A stretch of DNA of 64,000 bases from Auanema rhodensis (lineage: Eukaryota > Animalia > Nematoda), in assembly GCA_964057225.1 (NCBI GenBank), contig OZ059899.1, positions 18,104,001-18,168,000 on the forward strand. The letters run 5' to 3'. How positions within the stretch are numbered: position 1 is the first letter of the stretch; each line of letters opens with the position of its first letter. A model generated the notes under the pieces. It had not been told where the DNA came from. It searched no databases and saw nothing but the letters and a program-made list of their open reading frames with translations. A program made the position numbers and the translations under genes. Below are positions 58,270 to 64,000 of this stretch, in pieces.

Positions 58270-60090
58270 AAAAACAAATTTTTATTGATATTGGTGCATG
58301 GTAACCATGACTTTGAAATTTACGTGAACTTTAATTTATGCTAATTAAACGTACACGTGGTGTGCACTCGGTATGTAACTCGCTTCACGTGAAAGATAAA
58401 GAGATGCGGTTTTCAAAATTAGATTCCTCATGTCCATATTAGTCTAAAAACAAATTTTTTTTGATATTGGTGCATGGTAACCATGATTTTGAAATTTACG
58501 TGAACTTTAATTTATGCTAATTAAATGTACACGTGGTGTGCACTCGGTATGTAACTCGCTTCACGTGAAAGATAAAGAGATGCGGTTTTCAAAATTAGAT
58601 TCCCCGTGTCCATATTAGTCTAAAAACAAATTTTTATTGATATTGGTGCATGGTAACCATGACTTTGAAATTTACGTGAACTTTAATTTATGCTAATTAA
58701 ACGTACACGTGATGTGCACTTGGTATGTAACTCGCTTCACGTGAAAGATAAAGAGATGCGGTTTTTAAAATTAGATTCCCCATGTCCATATTAGTCTAAA
58801 AACAATTTTTTACTGATATTGGTGCATGGTAACCATGACTTTGAAATTTACGTGAACTTTTATTTATGCTAATTAAACGTACACGTGGTGTGCACTCGGT
58901 ATGTAACTCGCTTCACGTGAAAGATAAAGAGATGCGGTTTTTAAAATTAGATTCCCCATGTCCATATTAGTCTAAAAACAATTTTTTACTGATATTGGTG
59001 CATGGTAACCATGATTTTGAAATTTACGTGAACTTTAATTTATGCTAATTAAACGTACACGTGGTGTGCACTCGGTATGTAACTCGCTTCACGTGAAAGA
59101 TAAAGAGATGCGGTTTTCAAAATTAGATTCCCCATGTCCATATTAGTCTAAAAACAAATTTTTATTGATATTGGTGCATGGTAACCATGACTTTGAAATT
59201 TACGTGAACTTTAATTTATGCTAATTAAACGTACACGTGGTGTGCACTCGGTATGTAACTCGCTTCACGTGAAAGATAAAGAGATGCGGTTTTCAAAATT
59301 AGATTCCCCATGTCCATATTAGTCTAAAAACAAATTTTTTTTGATATTGGTGCATGGTAACCATGATTTTGAAATTTACGTGAACTTTAATTTATGCTAA
59401 TTAAATGTACACGTGGTGTGCACTCGGTATGTAACTCGCTTCACGTGAAAGATAAAGAGATGCGGTTTTTAAAATTAGATTCCCCGTGTCCATATTAGTC
59501 TAAAAACAAATTTTTATTGATATTGGTGCATGGTAACCATGACTTTGAAATTTACGTGAACTTTAATTTATGCTAATTAAACGTACACGTGATGTGCACT
59601 TGGTATGTAACTCGCTTCACGTGAAAGATAAAGAGATGCGGTTTTTAAAATTAGATTCCCCATGTCCATATTAGTCTAAAAACAATTTTTTACTGATATT
59701 GGTGCATGGTAACCATGACTTTGAAATTTACGTGAACTTTTATTTATGCTAATTAAACGTACACGTGGTGTGCACTCGGTATGTAACTCGCTTCACGTGA
59801 AAGATAAAGAGATGCGGTTTTTAAAATTAGATTCCCCATGTCCATATTAGTCTAAAAACAATTTTTTACTGATATTGGTGCATGGTAACCATGATTTTGA
59901 AATTTACGTGAACTTTAATTTATGCTAATTAAACGTACACGTGGTGTGCACTCGGTATGTAACTCGCTTCACGTGAAAGATAAAGAGATGCGGTTTTCAA
60001 AATTAGATTCCCCATGTCCATATTAGTCTAAAAACAAATTTTTATTGATATTGGTGCATGGTAACCATGACTTTGAAATTTACGTGAACT
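58270..60090 (+). repeat. Tandem 5-monomer (880 bp) duplication
   Basis: CCCCGTGTC at 58606 and 59486, and ACTTTTATT near 58861 and 59741 (offset 880). Boundaries approximate. Confidence 0.8.
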
Positions 60091-60499
60091 TTAAATTATG
60101 CTAATTAAATGTACACGTGGTGTGCACTCGGTATGTAACTCGCTTCACGTGAAAGATAAAGAGATGCGGTTATCAAAATTAGATTTCCCATGTCCATATT
60201 AGTCTAAAAACAATTTTTTACTGATATTGGTGCATGGTAACCATGACTTTGAAATTTACGTGAACTTTTATTTATGCTAATTAAACGTACACGTGGTGTG
60301 CACTTGGTATGTAACTCGCTTCACGTGAAAGATAAAGAGATGCGGTTTTTAAAATTAGATTCCCCATGTCCATATTAGTCTAAAAACAATTTTTTACTGA
60401 TATTGGTGCATGGTAACCATGATTTTGAAATTTACGTGAACTTTAATTTATGCTAATCAAACGTACACGTGGTGTGCTCTCGGTATGTAACTCGCTTCA

Positions 60500-63400
60500 C
60501 GTGAAAGATAAAGAGATGCGGTTTTCAAAATTAGATTCCCCATGTCCATATTAGTCTAAAAACAAATTTTTATTGATATTGGTGCATGGTAACCATGACT
60601 TTGAAATTTACGTGAACTTTAATTTATGCTAATTAAACGTACACGTGGTGTGCACTCGGTATGTAACTCGCTTCACGTGAAAGATAAAGAGATGCGGTTT
60701 TCAAAATTAGATTCCCCATGTCCATATTAGTCTAAAAACAAATTTTTTTTGATATTGGTGCATGGTAACCATGATTTTGAAATTTACGTGAACTTTAATT
60801 TATGCTAATTAAATGTACACGTGGTGTGCACTCGGTATGTAACTCGCTTCACGTGAAAGATAAAGAGATGCGGTTTTTAAAATTAGATTCCCCATGTCCA
60901 TATTAGTCTAAAAACAAAATTTTATTGATATTGGTGCATGGTAACCATGACTTTGAAATTTACGTGAACTTTAATTTATGCTACATAAATGTACACGTGA
61001 TGTGCACTTGGTATGTAACTCGCTTCACGTGAAAGATAAAAAGATGCGGTTTTTAAAATTAGATTCCCCATGTCCATATTAGTCTAAAAACAATTTTTTA
61101 CTGATATTGGTGCATGGTAACCATGACTTTGAAATTTACGTGAACTTTAATTTATGCTAATTAAACGTACACGTGGTGTGCACTCGGTATGTAACTCGCT
61201 TCACGTGTAAGATAAAGAGATGCGGTTTTCAAAATTAGATTCCCCATGTCCATATTAGTCTAAAAACAAATTTTTATTGATATTGGTGCATGGTAACCAT
61301 GATTTTGAAATTTACGTGAACTTTAATTTATGCTGATTAAATGTACACGTGGTGTGCACTCGGTATGTAACTCGCTTCACGTGAAAGATAAAGAGATGCA
61401 GTTATCAAAATTAGATTCCCCATGTCCATATTAGTCTAAAAACAAATTTTTATTGATATTGGTGCATGGTAACCATGACTTTGAAATTTACGTGAACTTT
61501 AATTTATGCTAATTAAACGTACACGTGTTGTGCACTCGGTATGTAACTCGCTTCACGTGGAAGATAAAAAGATGCGGTTTTCAAAATTAGATTCCCCATG
61601 TCCATATTAGTCTAAAAACAATTTTTTACTGATATTGGTGCATGGTAACCATGATTTTGAAATTTACGTGAACTTTAATTTATGCTAATTAAACGTACAC
61701 GTGATGTGCACTTGGTATGTAACTCGCTTCACGTGAAAGATAAAGAGATGCGGTTTTTAAAATTAGATTCCCCATGTCCATATTAGTCTAAAAACAATTT
61801 TTTACTGATATTGGTGCATGGTAACCATGATTTTGAAATTTACGTGAACTTTAATTTATGCTAATTAAACGTACACGTGGTGTGCACTCGGTATGTAACT
61901 CGCTTCACGTGAAAGATAAAGAGATGCGGTTTTCAAAATTAGATTCCCCATGTCCATATTAGTCTAAAAACAAATTTTTTTTGATATTGGTGCATGGTAA
62001 CCATGATTTTGAAATTTACGTGAACTTTAATTTATGCTAATTAAACGTACACGTGGTGTGCACTCGGTATGTAACTCGCTTCACGTGAAAGATAAAGAGA
62101 TGCGGTTTTCAAAATTAGATTCCCCATGTCCATATTAGTCTAAAAACAAATTTTTATTGATATTGGTGCATGGTAACCATGACTTTGAAATTTACGTGAA
62201 CTTTAATTTATGCTAATTAAACGTACACGTGGTGTGCACTCGGTATGTAACTCGCTTCACGTGAAAGATAAAGAGATGCGGTTTTCAAAATTAGATTCCC
62301 CATGTCCATATTAGTCTAAAAACAAATTTTTTTTGATATTGGTGCATGGTAACCATGATTTTGAAATTTACGTGAACTTTAATTTATGCTAATTAAATGT
62401 ACACGTGGTGTGCACTCGGTATGTAACTCGCTTCACGTGAAAGATAAAGAGATGCGGTTTTTAAAATTAGATTCCCCATGTCCATATTAGTCTAAAAACA
62501 AAATTTTATTGATATTGGTGCATGGTAACCATGACTTTGAAATTTACGTGAACTTTAATTTATGCTACATAAATGTACACGTGATGTGCACTTGGTATGT
62601 AACTCGCTTCACGTGAAAGATAAAAAGATGCGGTTTTTAAAATTAGATTCCCCATGTCCATATTAGTCTAAAAACAATTTTTTACTGATATTGGTGCATG
62701 GTAACCATGACTTTGAAATTTACGTGAACTTTAATTTATGCTAATTAAACGTACACGTGGTGTGCACTCGGTATGTAACTCGCTTCACGTGTAAGATAAA
62801 GAGATGCGGTTTTCAAAATTAGATTCCCCATGTCCATATTAGTCTAAAAACAAATTTTTATTGATATTGGTGCATGGTAACCATGATTTTGAAATTTACG
62901 TGAACTTTAATTTATGCTGATTAAATGTACACGTGGTGTGCACTCGGTATGTAACTCGCTTCACGTGAAAGATAAAGAGATGCAGTTATCAAAATTAGAT
63001 TCCCCATGTCCATATTAGTCTAAAAACAAATTTTTATTGATATTGGTGCATGGTAACCATGACTTTGAAATTTACGTGAACTTTAATTTATGCTAATTAA
63101 ACGTACACGTGTTGTGCACTCGGTATGTAACTCGCTTCACATGGAAGATAAAAAGATGCGGTTTTCAAAATTAGATTCCCCATGTCCATATTAGTCTAAA
63201 AACAATTTTTTACTGATATTGGTGCATGGTAACCATGATTTTGAAATTTACGTGAACTTTAATTTATGCTAATTAAACGTACACGTGATGTGCACTTGGT
63301 ATGTAACTCGCTTCACGTGAAAGATAAAGAGATGCGGTTTTTAAAATTAGATTCCCCATGTCCATATTAGTCTAAAAACAATTTTTTACTGATATTGGTG

Positions 63401-63564
63401 CATGGTAACCATGATTTTGAAATTTACGTGAACTTTAATTTATGCTAATTAAACGTACACGTGGTGTGCACTCGGTATGTAACTCGCTTCACGTGAAAGA
63501 TAAAGAGATGCGGTTTTCAAAATTAGATTCCCCATGTCCATATTAGTCTAAAAACAAATTTTTA
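60500..63564 (+). repeat. Tandem 9-monomer (1584 bp) higher-order unit, two adjacent copies
   Basis: The GTGTTGTG variant occurs at 61528 and 63112 (offset 1584). The order T8, CTACAT, GTGTAAG, GCTGA, GTTGTG, GTGATG, plain is repeated. Confidence 0.85.
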
Positions 63565-64000
63565 TTGATATTGGTGCATGGTAACCATGACTTTGAAATT
63601 TACGTGAACTTTAATTTATGCTAATTAAACGTACACGTGGTGTGCACTCGGTATGTAACTCGCTTCACGTGAAAGATAAAGAGATGCGGTTTTCAAAATT
63701 AGATTCCCCATGTCCATATTAGTCTAAAAACAAATTTTTATTGATATTGGTGCATGGTAACCATGACTTTGAAATTTACGTGAACTTTAATTTATGCTAA
63801 TTAAACGTACACGTGGTGTGCACTCGGTATGTAACTCGCTTCACGTGAAAGATAAAGAGATGCGGTTTTCAAAATTAGATTCCCCATGTCCATATTAGTC
63901 TAAAAACAAATTTTTTTTGATATTGGTGCATGGTAACCATGATTTTGAAATTTACGTGAACTTTAATTTATGCTAATTAAATGTACACGTGGTGTGCACT

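Larger units (their letters stand above)
1..64000. repeat. Tandem satellite DNA array, 176-bp monomer, about 363.5 copies, head-to-tail, probably centromeric or pericentromeric
   Basis: The C of the TCTAAAAAC landmark falls at 4, 180, 356 ... 63907. 63907-4 = 363x176+15, and the 15 extra bases match 15 monomers with a 1-bp longer T tract. Monomers differ from consensus at only a few sites. The array runs off both ends of the window. The centromeric assignment is inference only. Confidence 0.99.

Noticed and set aside
115-60100. Singleton substitutions (for example 115, 1304, 2737, 6826, 13817, 18361, 29200, 36034, 38853, 53538)
   Set aside because: They cannot be distinguished from sequencing or consensus errors without reads.
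1-64000. CRISPR array (regularly spaced palindromic repeat)
   Set aside because: There are no unique spacers. The entire 176 bp repeats, and no cas genes or leader are present.
1-64000. Repetitive protein-coding ORF
   Set aside because: 176 is not a multiple of 3, so the frame shifts each unit. Stop codons are frequent on both strands (for example TAA at 31, 61, 71; TTA, CTA and TCA triplets giving stops on the minus strand), so no long ORF is possible.
1-64000. Embedded transposon, inversion or unique island
   Set aside because: Phase accounting (363x176+15, with all 15 extra bases located) leaves no room for an insertion, and orientation never flips.
1-64000. Monomer variant order as an encoded message or diversity-generating system
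   Set aside because: The order is adequately explained by nested duplication and recombination of a few haplotypes. Nothing in the window indicates a reader or writer mechanism.

Overview
The whole 64 kb window is one uninterrupted, head-to-tail tandem satellite array with a 176-bp AT-rich monomer (about 34% GC by hand count). It holds 363 complete copies plus a 97-bp partial copy, all in the same orientation. Consensus, phased from position 1: AAACAAATTTTTATTGATATTGGTGCATGGTAACCATGAYTTTGAAATTTACGTGAACTTTAATTTATGCTAATTAAACGTACACGTGGTGTGCACTCGGTATGTAACTCGCTTCACGTGWAAGATAAAGAGATGCGGTTTTCAAAATTAGATTCCCCATGTCCATATTAGTCTAA. I saw no genes, RNA genes, transposon insertions, inversions or CRISPR spacers. 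Monomer length, homogeneity and array size fit a eukaryotic centromeric or pericentromeric satellite, but I do not recognise the family or organism. The information in the window lies in the pattern of variants. A small set of linked monomer haplotypes is arranged in irregular higher-order cassettes and nested in-register duplications (offsets of 1 to 88 monomers). Diagnostic variants turn over from left to right, and chimeric monomers mark recombination breakpoints. I find no support for a new gene-based system. All counts were made by eye and should be recomputed.
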